Assembly: GCA_016926155.1 (NCBI GenBank) | Contig: JAFGPC010000106.1 | Location: 1-37,848 of the forward strand | Origin: Sedimentisphaerales bacterium | GTDB lineage: Bacteria; Planctomycetota; Phycisphaerae; Sedimentisphaerales; Anaerohalosphaeraceae | Direction: 5' to 3' | Length of the DNA stretch: 37,848 nucleotides | Translations under genes and position numbers: made by a program | Shown here: one piece after another, positions 25,291 to 34,021 of the stretch | Numbering within the stretch: position 1 is the first letter of the stretch | How the letters are laid out: each line of letters starts with the position of its first letter | Notes under the pieces: model-generated | The model's database searches: none | What the model saw: the letters and a program-made list of their open reading frames with translations, nothing else | Told to the model about the DNA's origin: nothing

Positions 25291-26592
25291 CTATTCCTGA
25301 CGCATCTGGACGCTTCTGGCGTGGGCGTCCAGGCCCTCAGTCATTGCCAGTCGAACAATGTCATCACTGCCGGCGGCAAGTTGCTTTTTGCTGTATTCAA
25401 TGATACTGGTGCTCTTGACGAAGTCATTGCTGCTCAATGGACTGAAGAAGCGGGCACTGGTTCCGGTGGGCAGGGTATGGCTCGGACCCGCCCAATAATC
25501 GCCCACGGCCACAGGAGTATAGGAACCAATAAACATGGCGCCGGCATTGACAATCCGCTCGGCAACCGAATGGCTTTGATCCCCGCATTGAATCTGCAGG
25601 TGTTCGGCGGCAAAACGATTCGCCTGTTCAATCGCTTCCTCCATCCTTTCGAAGACGATAATCCCGCTGAAAGTACGAAGACAGGCGGCGGTTTCTTTGG
25701 CACGATTCAGACAAACCACCTGTTTTTCCAGTTCCTGTAAAATGTGTTCGGCCAGGGGACGGCTGTCGGTAAACACAAAGGCGCTTCCGGGTGCGTGCTC
25801 AGCCTGACTGAGCATATCGGCAGCGATCCAGGCGGGATTGGCCTGTTCGTTAGCCAAGATAAGCACCTCGCTTGGGCCGGCGACCGAATCGATATCCACC
25901 TCACCGAAGACCCTGCGTTTGGCCATCTGCACCCACTGATTGCCCGGTCCGACGATCTTGTCTACCGCTCGAATCGTTTGCGTTCCAAAGGCAAGCGCTG
26001 CAATGGCATGGGCACCGCCGATGCGATAGACCTCTCGTATCCCCAGTTCCTGACAGACTGCCAGGATCACCGGATGAATGCCGCCTTTGAAACGGGGAGG
26101 GGAGACAACTGCGATTTCTTGCACGCCGGCTACGATGGCGGGCACGGCCGTCATGATGACAGTGGACGGAAGCGGGGCCGAAGCACCGGGAACACAGACA
26201 CCCACCCGCCGGATAGGTGTATACCGAACCTTACCCGGAATGCTTTTTCCCTGGAAGATTCGGTTCTGGTATGTACGAACATTATTGATGGCTTGGCGGA
26301 TAGAGGACATCAGATCCCTGTCTACACCTGCATGCGCTTCGATCATCTCATTCCGAGTAACACCGAATCGATCAGGAGACAAAGTCACTTTGTCAAATCG
26401 TTGTGTATAATCCTCGATCGCCCTGTCGCCTTGCAGTTTCACATTACGGAGGATTTCACGCAAAGCTTCGTCGTTTTTGTCTCCGTCTTCGAAATAGGTG
26501 GCCTGTTTAACCGCCTGGTGGACCTGCTGCAAACGTTGTTGCCACTGAGGCGAATCGGATGAGACCAGTATATGGTTCAGATTTTCTGCCAT
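25291..26592 (-). CDS. hisD: histidinol dehydrogenase
   Basis: 433 aa. GPGNQWV, VAGPSEVLILA and SQAEHAPGSA motifs. It converges on alaS with an 11-nt gap. Confidence 0.9.
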   Translation of the reverse strand: MAENLNHILVSSDSPQWQQRLQQVHQAVKQATYFEDGDKNDEALREILRNVKLQGDRAIEDYTQRFDKVTLSPDRFGVTRNEMIEAHAGVDRDLMSSIRQAINNVRTYQNRIFQGKSIPGKVRYTPIRRVGVCVPGASAPLPSTVIMTAVPAIVAGVQEIAVVSPPRFKGGIHPVILAVCQELGIREVYRIGGAHAIAALAFGTQTIRAVDKIVGPGNQWVQMAKRRVFGEVDIDSVAGPSEVLILANEQANPAWIAADMLSQAEHAPGSAFVFTDSRPLAEHILQELEKQVVCLNRAKETAACLRTFSGIIVFERMEEAIEQANRFAAEHLQIQCGDQSHSVAERIVNAGAMFIGSYTPVAVGDYWAGPSHTLPTGTSARFFSPLSSNDFVKSTSIIEYSKKQLAAGSDDIVRLAMTEGLDAHARSVQMRQE

Positions 26593-26611
26593 GATGTATT
26601 AAAACCTGTGA

Positions 26612-27391
26612 TTAGCGTGAGAAGTTTCCGTGTGTATACGTTCGCGCTGCACGTTGCAGCAGCAAGTAATCTTGTCCCCTGAAACGGGTAACAATCCCGG
26701 AGATGCGAAAACGGATGCGTCCGGCCGAATCATCTGTGCTTTGCTCTGTCTGCTGCAAAATCGTATTCGGTAGTAGCTTGAACGACAGGCCCTCAATCTG
26801 CAAACCAAATCCATCCAATACGAAGGTGCGATCTGATCCGTGTCCGACCACAAAACCTGTTCGATTAACCAGGGCCACATCCCTTTGGGCTTCCAGAAGT
26901 TTCGGCATTTTAGTCAAATCGAAAACTACTTCCGGTTTGAGCCGTTCCAGAATTTCCTTCGGTAGAATCGAATTGTCGTTCGGATCGGCAATCCCCGGTG
27001 TTAGTACCGTAGCGGTTGGTTGTTTTTTTGTTTTTGTAGGCACGAAATTTACCGGGAACAGGTAATTCTTCTTTTGATACAACGTTACGCGGGCCATCAA
27101 CCAAACGCCTAGCTCCTTGTCTTCACTTACCATTACCGACAAGATCTTTTCCAGTGTCGCCGAGGGCAATACCATGATCGGCGTCTGGGCCTCAATGCGT
27201 CCTCGACCGTCGGTAAGAGGCTCTCGAGGCAGAAATTCCCAGCAATTCGGATCGGCGGCCTGTCGAAGGATTCCACCGGCGCCGAGAATGACATACCCAT
27301 CACGAAGCGGAATCGTTCTTTGAGAAGAACCGGATTCCTGTCCCAGAACTACCACTGCCATCGCAAAGAAAAATAACACAGTTCCCTTCAT
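26612..27391 (-). CDS. hypothetical secreted protein
   Basis: 259 aa with N-terminal signal peptide MKGTVLFFFAMAVVVLGQ. No family recognised. It sits in the operon between the LOG gene and hisD. Confidence 0.55.
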   Translation of the reverse strand: MKGTVLFFFAMAVVVLGQESGSSQRTIPLRDGYVILGAGGILRQAADPNCWEFLPREPLTDGRGRIEAQTPIMVLPSATLEKILSVMVSEDKELGVWLMARVTLYQKKNYLFPVNFVPTKTKKQPTATVLTPGIADPNDNSILPKEILERLKPEVVFDLTKMPKLLEAQRDVALVNRTGFVVGHGSDRTFVLDGFGLQIEGLSFKLLPNTILQQTEQSTDDSAGRIRFRISGIVTRFRGQDYLLLQRAARTYTHGNFSR

Positions 27392-27415
27392 GGAAATCTC
27401 ACCTCATCCGTGTCG

Positions 27416-27940
27416 TTATCCAATCGTTTCTTTCAGCCGCACTACAATCTGGTCCGGTGTGTCCACCTGTTCCACATATAAACTGCTTTTTTCATCCATC
27501 CGGGTCATCATTTCCACCAGTGGTTTCCAGAAAGATTCCAGAAGCAGGATCGGTTTATCCTGTCCGGCCAGTTTTTTATTTTTCCATTCCCATACGTGAG
27601 CCAATTCTAGTAATGTTCCTGTCCCTCCAGGCAGGACAATATACGCCTGACCAAGTTCAATCAGTGTATTCAGACGTTTTTGTAAAGAATCGGCACAAAC
27701 TTCTTTTGTTATAAATTTATTGGGACCGCTTCGTACAAAGGTCGAACAGGTAACCCCAATCACGTTACCGCCGCCCTTTGCTGCGCCGCAGGCGGTTGCC
27801 TCCATCGTACCACCATATCCGCCATTAGCAATCGTATATCCCGCCTCGGCCAAAGCCAGGCCCAATCGATATGCAAGTTCGTATATCGGTTCTCCCGGCC
27901 GGACCATGCTTGTGCCAAAGATGGATATTACCTTGTCCAC
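27416..27940 (-). CDS. LOG family protein (TIGR00730 Rossmann-fold nucleotide-binding; cytokinin riboside 5'-monophosphate phosphoribohydrolase-like)
   Basis: GGYGGTMEA and PGGTGTLLEL motifs. The start is ambiguous. GTG 27940 (MDKVISIFG) has AGAGG 6 nt upstream and sits 2 nt after the aconitase stop. ATG 28030 overlaps the aconitase gene by 88 nt. Confidence 0.75.
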   Translation of the reverse strand: MDKVISIFGTSMVRPGEPIYELAYRLGLALAEAGYTIANGGYGGTMEATACGAAKGGGNVIGVTCSTFVRSGPNKFITKEVCADSLQKRLNTLIELGQAYIVLPGGTGTLLELAHVWEWKNKKLAGQDKPILLLESFWKPLVEMMTRMDEKSSLYVEQVDTPDQIVVRLKETIG

Positions 27941-27942
27941 GT

Positions 27943-29916
27943 TTAGCCTCTGGCCTGCTTCTTCGTGTACTTCAGTAGTCCCCCGGCCAGCAGGATTTTG
28001 CGATCTCGCGGCGACAGTTTCAGGCTGCAAGTGAAATCAAAACTTGCGGTTTTGTCCGTGATCATGATTTCTTCGGCACTCTCAATCGCCTTGAGCAATC
28101 CCGCGATACTCAGTTCATCATCCGGATTGATCTTGTTGTAATCGGCCTCGTTTCCGAATTCTAATGGTACAATCGCAAAGTTGATGAGATTGGCTTTATG
28201 AATTCGCTCAATGCTCTTGGCAATAATAGCTCGTACGCCCAGATACATCGGACAAAGAGCAGCATGTTCCCGGCTGGAACCCTGGCCATAGCTTTGTCCG
28301 GCAACCACGATAGTGGAAATATCCTGTTTTTTTAATTCCATCGCCCGTTCGGCAAAAGTCGGCTTGTCCTCTTCATTAAAACAGTTGAATACAACCTTGG
28401 AATATTCCGGCACATTGGAGCGATATTTCAAAAAGGCGCCTGCAGGCATGATGTGGTCGGTTGTGATTTTATCATCGCATTTGAGCAGGACTTTACCTTG
28501 CAAGGTATCCGACAAGGGAGTCGGCGATTCAGGAACGACAATGGTCGGGCCTCGGTGCACTTTGGCGTCGTAGGCCTCTTCGACAGGAAGCGGCTCGTCG
28601 ATCATACTGTCATCGATTTCGAACCGGGAAGGCAATTTAACGGAAGGATAGCGGATACCGACAACATCTTTCAGGATTCTTGGATCGGTAAATTCACCCA
28701 TAATCGCCGAAGCAACGGCGGTCTCCGGACTGACCAGATAGCACCTGTCATTTTTTGTTCCCGTTCGGCCGGAGAAGTTGCGGTTGAACGTTCGCAGGCT
28801 CACAACGTTGTCGGCCGGGGAACATCCCTGCCCAATACAGGGACCACAACTGTTTTCCAGGATTCTAGCCCCGGCGACGATCATATTGGCCAGGGCGCTG
28901 TTTTTGGCTAACATTTCCAGCACCTGCCGGCTACCAGGGGCAATCGCGAACTCCACTTGCGGATGAATCTTGCGGCCTTTGAGCACACCGGCTACCATCA
29001 TCATATCGTTTAAGCTGGAATTGGTGCAGCTTCCTACAATCACCTGGTGGACTTCCAGACCATGCAATTCTTCGACCGGACGGATATTATCCGGGGAAGA
29101 GGGGCACGCTGCCAGTGGTTCAAGCCGGGACAGGTCGATCTCGATGACGCGGTCATATTTGGCGTCCGGATCCGGCTCGAAGGGCTGAAAGGCCTTCTCG
29201 CGACCCTGGGCTTCCAGAAACTTTCGCGTCATTTTATCGCTGGGGAAAATACTCGAGGTTACCCCCAGTTCGGCGCCCATGTTCGTCACAGTGGCCCGTT
29301 GCGGAACGGTCAGGTTCTTAACTCCACTGCCGAAGTATTCTACAACACAACCGACGTTGCCTTTGGTCGTAAGGATGGATAAAAGCTTGAGGATGATGTC
29401 CTTGCTGGCGACCCAATCCCGAAGTGTACCGGTCAGTCTAACGCCGATGACCTTCGGACAGGTCAGATAGAAAGCCCCTCCCCCCATTGCCACGGCCACA
29501 TCCAGGCCGCCTGCACCGATAGCGAGCATACCCATCCCGCCGCAGGTAGGGGTATGTGAATCGCTTCCCAACAGGGTGGTTCCGGGTCTGCTGAATCGCT
29601 CCAGGTGGACCTGATGGCAGATTCCGTTGCCCGGTCTGGAGTGATAAGCGCCTGCTTTTCGGGCAATACTCTGGAGATAGAGGTGGTCGTTATGGTTTTC
29701 CGGGCCGAACTGGCTCATGTTATGATCGACATAACTGACCGACAATTCGGTCTTGACCCGCCCAACTCCCATAGATTCAAACAGCAGAAAGGCCGTCGTA
29801 CCCGTGGCATCCTGAGTCAGGGTCTGGTCGATTCGGATTCCAATCGGCTTGCCCGGGATAAGCTCACCATCGACAAGGTGTTTTTCGAGGATTTTATAGG
29901 TTAGTGTCTTTGCCAT
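27943..29916 (-). CDS. aconitate hydratase (aconitase/IPM-isomerase family, single-chain ~650-aa 'Aquifex-type' putative aconitase)
   Basis: 657 aa. Fe-S ligand contexts SDSHT, VGSCTNSS and CGPCIG, plus a C-terminal swivel domain. The N-terminus KTLTYKILEKHLV is typical. Confidence 0.8.
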   Translation of the reverse strand: MAKTLTYKILEKHLVDGELIPGKPIGIRIDQTLTQDATGTTAFLLFESMGVGRVKTELSVSYVDHNMSQFGPENHNDHLYLQSIARKAGAYHSRPGNGICHQVHLERFSRPGTTLLGSDSHTPTCGGMGMLAIGAGGLDVAVAMGGGAFYLTCPKVIGVRLTGTLRDWVASKDIILKLLSILTTKGNVGCVVEYFGSGVKNLTVPQRATVTNMGAELGVTSSIFPSDKMTRKFLEAQGREKAFQPFEPDPDAKYDRVIEIDLSRLEPLAACPSSPDNIRPVEELHGLEVHQVIVGSCTNSSLNDMMMVAGVLKGRKIHPQVEFAIAPGSRQVLEMLAKNSALANMIVAGARILENSCGPCIGQGCSPADNVVSLRTFNRNFSGRTGTKNDRCYLVSPETAVASAIMGEFTDPRILKDVVGIRYPSVKLPSRFEIDDSMIDEPLPVEEAYDAKVHRGPTIVVPESPTPLSDTLQGKVLLKCDDKITTDHIMPAGAFLKYRSNVPEYSKVVFNCFNEEDKPTFAERAMELKKQDISTIVVAGQSYGQGSSREHAALCPMYLGVRAIIAKSIERIHKANLINFAIVPLEFGNEADYNKINPDDELSIAGLLKAIESAEEIMITDKTASFDFTCSLKLSPRDRKILLAGGLLKYTKKQARG

Positions 29917-30075
29917 AGAAATTTGTCCAAAAATCCACTTTATTTCGCCTAAACTGAAACAGCTTACCAGATTCCCAAAATGAATGTAAGATATTTTTGG
30001 TGGTTACCGTCAAACAAGAGCATAAATCAAGTACGTTTTTTTTTCCAAAAAACGCTTGTTATTAGGGGTAGGGAA

Positions 30076-30104
30076 TTGACAGTTATAGAGCCAAAGTATA
30101 CAAT
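30076..30104 (+). promoter_or_regulatory. sigma70-like promoter candidate for the LamG surface-protein gene (TTGACA-N17-TACAAT)
   Basis: TTGACA at 30076-30081 and TACAAT at 30099-30104. The -10 hexamer ends ~130 nt before the ATG at 30234. Confidence 0.4.
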
Positions 30105-30233
30105 AATAGATAGTTCAGGGTGGTGAAAATAATATGAGGGAGTCATATCGTCACGTCCTGCAAAGAGTGTATCGTTTTCTATGTTTATGGGTACAGTTTA
30201 ATTGCATTTTAACCCGATGGTAAGGAGCGTGTT

Positions 30234-32171
30234 ATGAAAAGAGTCGCTTGTTTAGTCGCTATTGTCCTGCTTTTTACTTTGATTCCCGCTTTTGCAGCGG
30301 ATATTACGCAGCCGGGGGATCCGGTCGTGGGTGTGCCGAACGATAGTGACTGGCCCGATGCTGAAACGCCGCCTATGGCAATTGACGACAATGGCAACAC
30401 AAAATTTCTGCACTTTAAGGGCGCCTCTGCTCCACCAACAGGGATTCGGGTAACCCCGACACATAATGACAAGGTGGTTGTTGGCTTGTCATTTACTACA
30501 GCAAATGACCATGATGATCGAGATCCAGTAGCTTGGGAACTTCGAGGGTCAAATGACAGTATTAACGGTTCCTACACGACAATTGCCAGTGGACGAATTG
30601 TTGATTTCGAACAAGCAACCGGATGGCCTCGTTATACAAAAAATACCACTCCAATCGTTTTTGAGAACACAACGGTTTACCAACACTATGAAATTCTGAT
30701 AACGGAAGTCCGTGATCCTGGCGTCGCCAATAGTATGCAGATTGCGGAAATTGAATTGCTGGATGGAACGCCCAGCGTCGATGTCGGCGGCCCTTATTTG
30801 TTGCGGAGCCCCCTTGACACAATTCAATTCGATCCTACTGTAACGGATATTGATTCAGGTCCCGAAGATTTCACTTATCTCTGGACCCAGACTAGTGGTC
30901 CGGGAACCGTCGACTTTGGCGGTACCGAAACCATGCCAAACGCGACTGCGGTTTTCCCCTCCGATAAAGGCTATTATGAACTGGAACTGCTGGTGACCGA
31001 TGAAATGGGCAACGATGCCAATGATGTCCTTCAAGTCCGCGTATGGGATCCTGCAACGGAAGATGCCATGGTCGCGTACTATACCTTCAATGAGGGGCAA
31101 GGAACGATCATTAATGACTCGACGGATTATAATGAGGATGGCTTACTAGGTGCTCGTCCGGAGGGCAGCGAGCCTAATTTTGCGCCTGGTTGGATTCCCG
31201 GAGATGCTCCGAATAATTATGCCTTGGAATTCTCCAATCTGGGCTATGTGGAAGTCGTACCGGATCCAAACTCGCCCAGCCCCAACCTGAGCGAAGATGT
31301 ACAATGGAGCATTTCGATTGCCGGCTGGTTCAATGCCAACGACTGGGACGGCAACCGCCGCATTCTGCAAAAGGGCGCCAGCGACAATCAGTTCCGTCTG
31401 CTGGCCGAAGATGACCAATTTGTTTTCCACCTTTCCGGTGTGGGCAGGCTGGAAGGACCTCTTCCGGTTGCAGGACAATGGCACCATGCCGCCGCGACCT
31501 ATGATGGTTGGATGATGCGACTGTACCTGGATGGCGCCGAAGTTGCTTCATTGGAAGCCAGCGGATTGATTGACTCTACTCAGGATGCGTTATTCATCGG
31601 CACTAAGCATAAAGATGTTACGGTGGTTGGCGATTACTTCATGGGTCTTATGGATGATCTGAGAATTTACAATTATGCTCTGGATGAAGATGAAATTCTG
31701 GGATTGGTTGCTCTGGGTGAAAATGCTCCGCCTCTGGTGAGTGTTGTCGATCCCGAGGATCTGGTCCTGTCGGTCCAGAATTACATTGATATGGATGCCA
31801 CCGCATTCGATGTTAATGGAGACGCCATCACATACAAGTGGACCAGCAGCGATCCGGATCATGTAACGTTTGAGCCAAGTGACAATGTCGAAGATGTGCG
31901 AGCAGTCTTTGCACAGGCCGGCACGTATACACTGCGGCTGAGCGTGGCTGACTACATGTATGGACTGGATGACAGCATCTTTGCGGAAGTCCAGGTCGCT
32001 GTGACCAATCCGACCTGTGAAGATGTGATTGCGGCAGGCCTTGGAATGTTCGGTGACAAGGATGAGGATTGCGATGTGGATTTGGTTGACTTTGCGGCAT
32101 TTGCCGCCAACTGGCTCCTTTGCAACGATCCACTCAATCCGAATTGCATCAATCCGTTCCAGGAAGAATAA
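30234..32171 (+). CDS. secreted multidomain protein: signal peptide, discoidin (F5/8 type C)-like N-domain, PKD/Ig-like, LamG, PKD/Ig-like, dockerin-like Cys-flanked acidic C-terminus
   Basis: 645 aa. Signal peptide MKRVACLVAIVLLFTLIPAFA, with AAGGAG 7 nt upstream. The N-domain ends MQIAEIELLDG (discoidin-like). LamG motifs IAGWFNANDWDG and LMDDLRIYNYAL resemble those of the giant protein. The C-terminus is GDKDEDCDVDLVDFAAFAANWLLCNDPLNPNC. Confidence 0.85.
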   Translation: MKRVACLVAIVLLFTLIPAFAADITQPGDPVVGVPNDSDWPDAETPPMAIDDNGNTKFLHFKGASAPPTGIRVTPTHNDKVVVGLSFTTANDHDDRDPVAWELRGSNDSINGSYTTIASGRIVDFEQATGWPRYTKNTTPIVFENTTVYQHYEILITEVRDPGVANSMQIAEIELLDGTPSVDVGGPYLLRSPLDTIQFDPTVTDIDSGPEDFTYLWTQTSGPGTVDFGGTETMPNATAVFPSDKGYYELELLVTDEMGNDANDVLQVRVWDPATEDAMVAYYTFNEGQGTIINDSTDYNEDGLLGARPEGSEPNFAPGWIPGDAPNNYALEFSNLGYVEVVPDPNSPSPNLSEDVQWSISIAGWFNANDWDGNRRILQKGASDNQFRLLAEDDQFVFHLSGVGRLEGPLPVAGQWHHAAATYDGWMMRLYLDGAEVASLEASGLIDSTQDALFIGTKHKDVTVVGDYFMGLMDDLRIYNYALDEDEILGLVALGENAPPLVSVVDPEDLVLSVQNYIDMDATAFDVNGDAITYKWTSSDPDHVTFEPSDNVEDVRAVFAQAGTYTLRLSVADYMYGLDDSIFAEVQVAVTNPTCEDVIAAGLGMFGDKDEDCDVDLVDFAAFAANWLLCNDPLNPNCINPFQEE

Positions 32172-32200
32172 CCGGTAATTTCATTCTAATTGATTTCAAG

Positions 32201-32235
32201 CCGGGCGTTTTCTTTGTGAAACGCCCGGTTTTTTC
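32201..32235 (+). terminator. Rho-independent terminator after the LamG protein gene
   Basis: CCGGGCGTTT-tctttgtg-AAACGCCCGG followed by TTTTTTC. It lies 30 nt after the stop. Confidence 0.7.
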
Positions 32236-32382
32236 ATGCGCTGAGGCATGAAAAAGTGAATTTGAAAAAAAAGGGGGCAAAGTTTTGTCACACTCAATCC
32301 ATATAGACGTCTTCCTGAATGGAAGAGAAGTGCTTTCCGAATTATACAATGGTAATAAAACGATGGGAAGCGTGGTTTTTTC

Positions 32383-32415
32383 TTGACAATGATCTGCACA
32401 CTGCTACAGTGTGCA
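32383..32415 (+). promoter_or_regulatory. putative pspA promoter (TTGACA-N16-TACAGT) with an overlapping perfect 9-3-9 palindromic operator
   Basis: TTGACA at 32383-32388 and TACAGT at 32405-32410. The palindrome TGCACACTG-cta-CAGTGTGCA spans 32395-32415 and covers the spacer and the -10. Confidence 0.45.
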
Positions 32416-32557
32416 TGGATATTCCGGATGAGCTTCGTTCCGCTTGCGTGGAGCGGATAACAACGGAGCCATTGGACGATCAGACGGGTCCGGTTTCTCG
32501 TCGTCGTCGGTGATCCCGGCCGGGTGGTTGGGAGCCTAGCGGAAAGGAGTATCGATT

Positions 32558-33241
32558 ATGGGTCTTTTCAGACGTCTTCACAGAATCACCATGGGTCGGA
32601 TCGAGGCCTTTTTAGACCGCGCCGAAGATCCGGAAATCATCTTCCCCATCCTGTTGGAGGAGATGGAAAAACAGCTTCGGGCGGCAACCGAAGCCGAAGC
32701 CAAGGCCGCCGCATCGCTCAAGCAGGCACAGCGTGAGTTAAAAGGTCACCAGACCAAGGTGGAACGATTTAGTCAGGGGGCTGCGCTGGCCTTGAAAAAG
32801 AACGACGAACAGACGGCTCGGATGTCTATCGAAGCGCAGATCGATGCCGAGAAAATGGCTTCAGTCGCCCAGCAGAATGTCGACATGGCAACCGATTCTC
32901 TCGATCATGCTGCTGCCGCTCGTAAACGGATTCAACAGCAGCTCGATGAATTACAAGCCAAGAAAGATGAACTGCTCACCAGAGCGCGTGTGGCTAAAAC
33001 GCAACAAAAGATACAACGGACGGTCAGCGGCTCGGCCGGCAGCACTGACAGTATTCTTGATGCCGTAGCTCGCCTGGAAACCGGTGTCGAAGAAGCCGAA
33101 GCCCAGCTTGAGATTCAATCGCACCTGGCGGGCGAAGGTTCCGGCAACGGCACGCTGGAACGCAAGCTCAGTGAGCTGGTACACGACAGCGAAATCGAGA
33201 AGCGGATGGAACAGCTTCGTAAACAAATCTCGCAAACATAA
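32558..33241 (+). CDS. pspA: PspA/IM30 family protein (phage-shock protein A / Vipp1-like), paralog 1
   Basis: 227 aa, all predicted coiled coil. The N-terminus MGLFRRL...AFLDRAEDPEIIFPILLEEMEKQL matches the PspA MGIFSRF...LLEKAEDPQKL...IQEMED pattern. Confidence 0.85.
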   Translation: MGLFRRLHRITMGRIEAFLDRAEDPEIIFPILLEEMEKQLRAATEAEAKAAASLKQAQRELKGHQTKVERFSQGAALALKKNDEQTARMSIEAQIDAEKMASVAQQNVDMATDSLDHAAAARKRIQQQLDELQAKKDELLTRARVAKTQQKIQRTVSGSAGSTDSILDAVARLETGVEEAEAQLEIQSHLAGEGSGNGTLERKLSELVHDSEIEKRMEQLRKQISQT

Positions 33242-33264
33242 CAGGATTCCGGTATACTTTGTGT

Positions 33265-33293
33265 CCGGTCGGGCTCAGGAGGGGCTCGGCCGG
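33265..33293 (+). other. intercistronic RNA hairpin between the two pspA paralogs (12-bp stem incl. 3 G-U, loop AGGAG), weak U-tract
   Basis: CCGGTCGGGCTC-aggag-GGGCTCGGCCGG followed by ATTTCTT. It could act as a partial terminator or attenuator. Confidence 0.3.
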
Positions 33294-33338
33294 ATTTCTT
33301 AAATAGTCCGGTTATGTGCCGGGACAGGAGTGATAGTC

Positions 33339-34007
33339 ATGTCAATATTAGATCGAATTCGACGGATCGCCAAAGCCAACATCAGCCGACTACTCGATAT
33401 GGCAGAACCTGCCGAGCAGGAACTACAAGCCAAGATCAAAGAACTGGAAGAGGCGATTCTGGAAGGCCGCGAAAGCGCGGCAACCTACGGAGCGACGTTT
33501 CGACGTTTGGAAACCGAACTGGATCAGCTCAAACAAAGCCAGACCGAATGCACAAAGCGGGCGGAAACAGCCCTTAAAGCGGGCGATGAGAAGGCCGCCC
33601 GCAAAGCCCTGTCGGAAAAGGTCAAACTCGCCGAAAGAATTGCCCAGATGCAGCCTGGGATTGAACGGGGCCGAAAGACCTATGATATGCTGCGGGATAA
33701 TATCATCAAGCTGCAGGAACAGCTTAAGGCGGCCAAACTCAAGATGGCGGATCTGGAAGCACGCAAGCGAACCGCAGAAGCACAGCTTGCCTTTGACAAG
33801 CATCTGGACCGGGCTACCTCGCTGAATCCGGAGGGCGTGGCCTTCGACCGACTCGAAGAGCAGGTCCTGCAGGATGAAGCACAGGTCCAGATCAATCAGG
33901 AGCTTCGTGGAGACAGCCTGACCGAGGTCGAGCTGGCTCAGCGGTCCAGAGAGCTTCAGATCGAAGCGGAGCTGGAAGAAATGAAAGAGCGGCTGGAACA
34001 GGACTAA
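33339..34007 (+). CDS. PspA/IM30 family protein, paralog 2
   Basis: MSILDRIRRIAKANISRLLDMAEPAEQELQAKIKELEE matches the PspA N-terminal helix pattern. The rest is coiled coil. ATG at 33339, with GGAG 10 nt upstream. The track starts at GTG 33330. Confidence 0.85.
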   Translation: MSILDRIRRIAKANISRLLDMAEPAEQELQAKIKELEEAILEGRESAATYGATFRRLETELDQLKQSQTECTKRAETALKAGDEKAARKALSEKVKLAERIAQMQPGIERGRKTYDMLRDNIIKLQEQLKAAKLKMADLEARKRTAEAQLAFDKHLDRATSLNPEGVAFDRLEEQVLQDEAQVQINQELRGDSLTEVELAQRSRELQIEAELEEMKERLEQD

Positions 34008-34021
34008 GAGAATAAGGAGGC

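Noticed and set aside
25744-26562. 272-aa + strand ORF
   Set aside because: Antisense to hisD.
28453-29382. Several + strand ORFs (63-152 aa)
   Set aside because: Antisense to the aconitase gene.
32319-32513. 64-aa + strand ORF (MEEKCFPNYT..., ending RRRR) in the pspA upstream region
   Set aside because: No RBS. It would contain the predicted promoter and palindromic operator. More likely non-coding leader, though a small regulatory peptide cannot be excluded.
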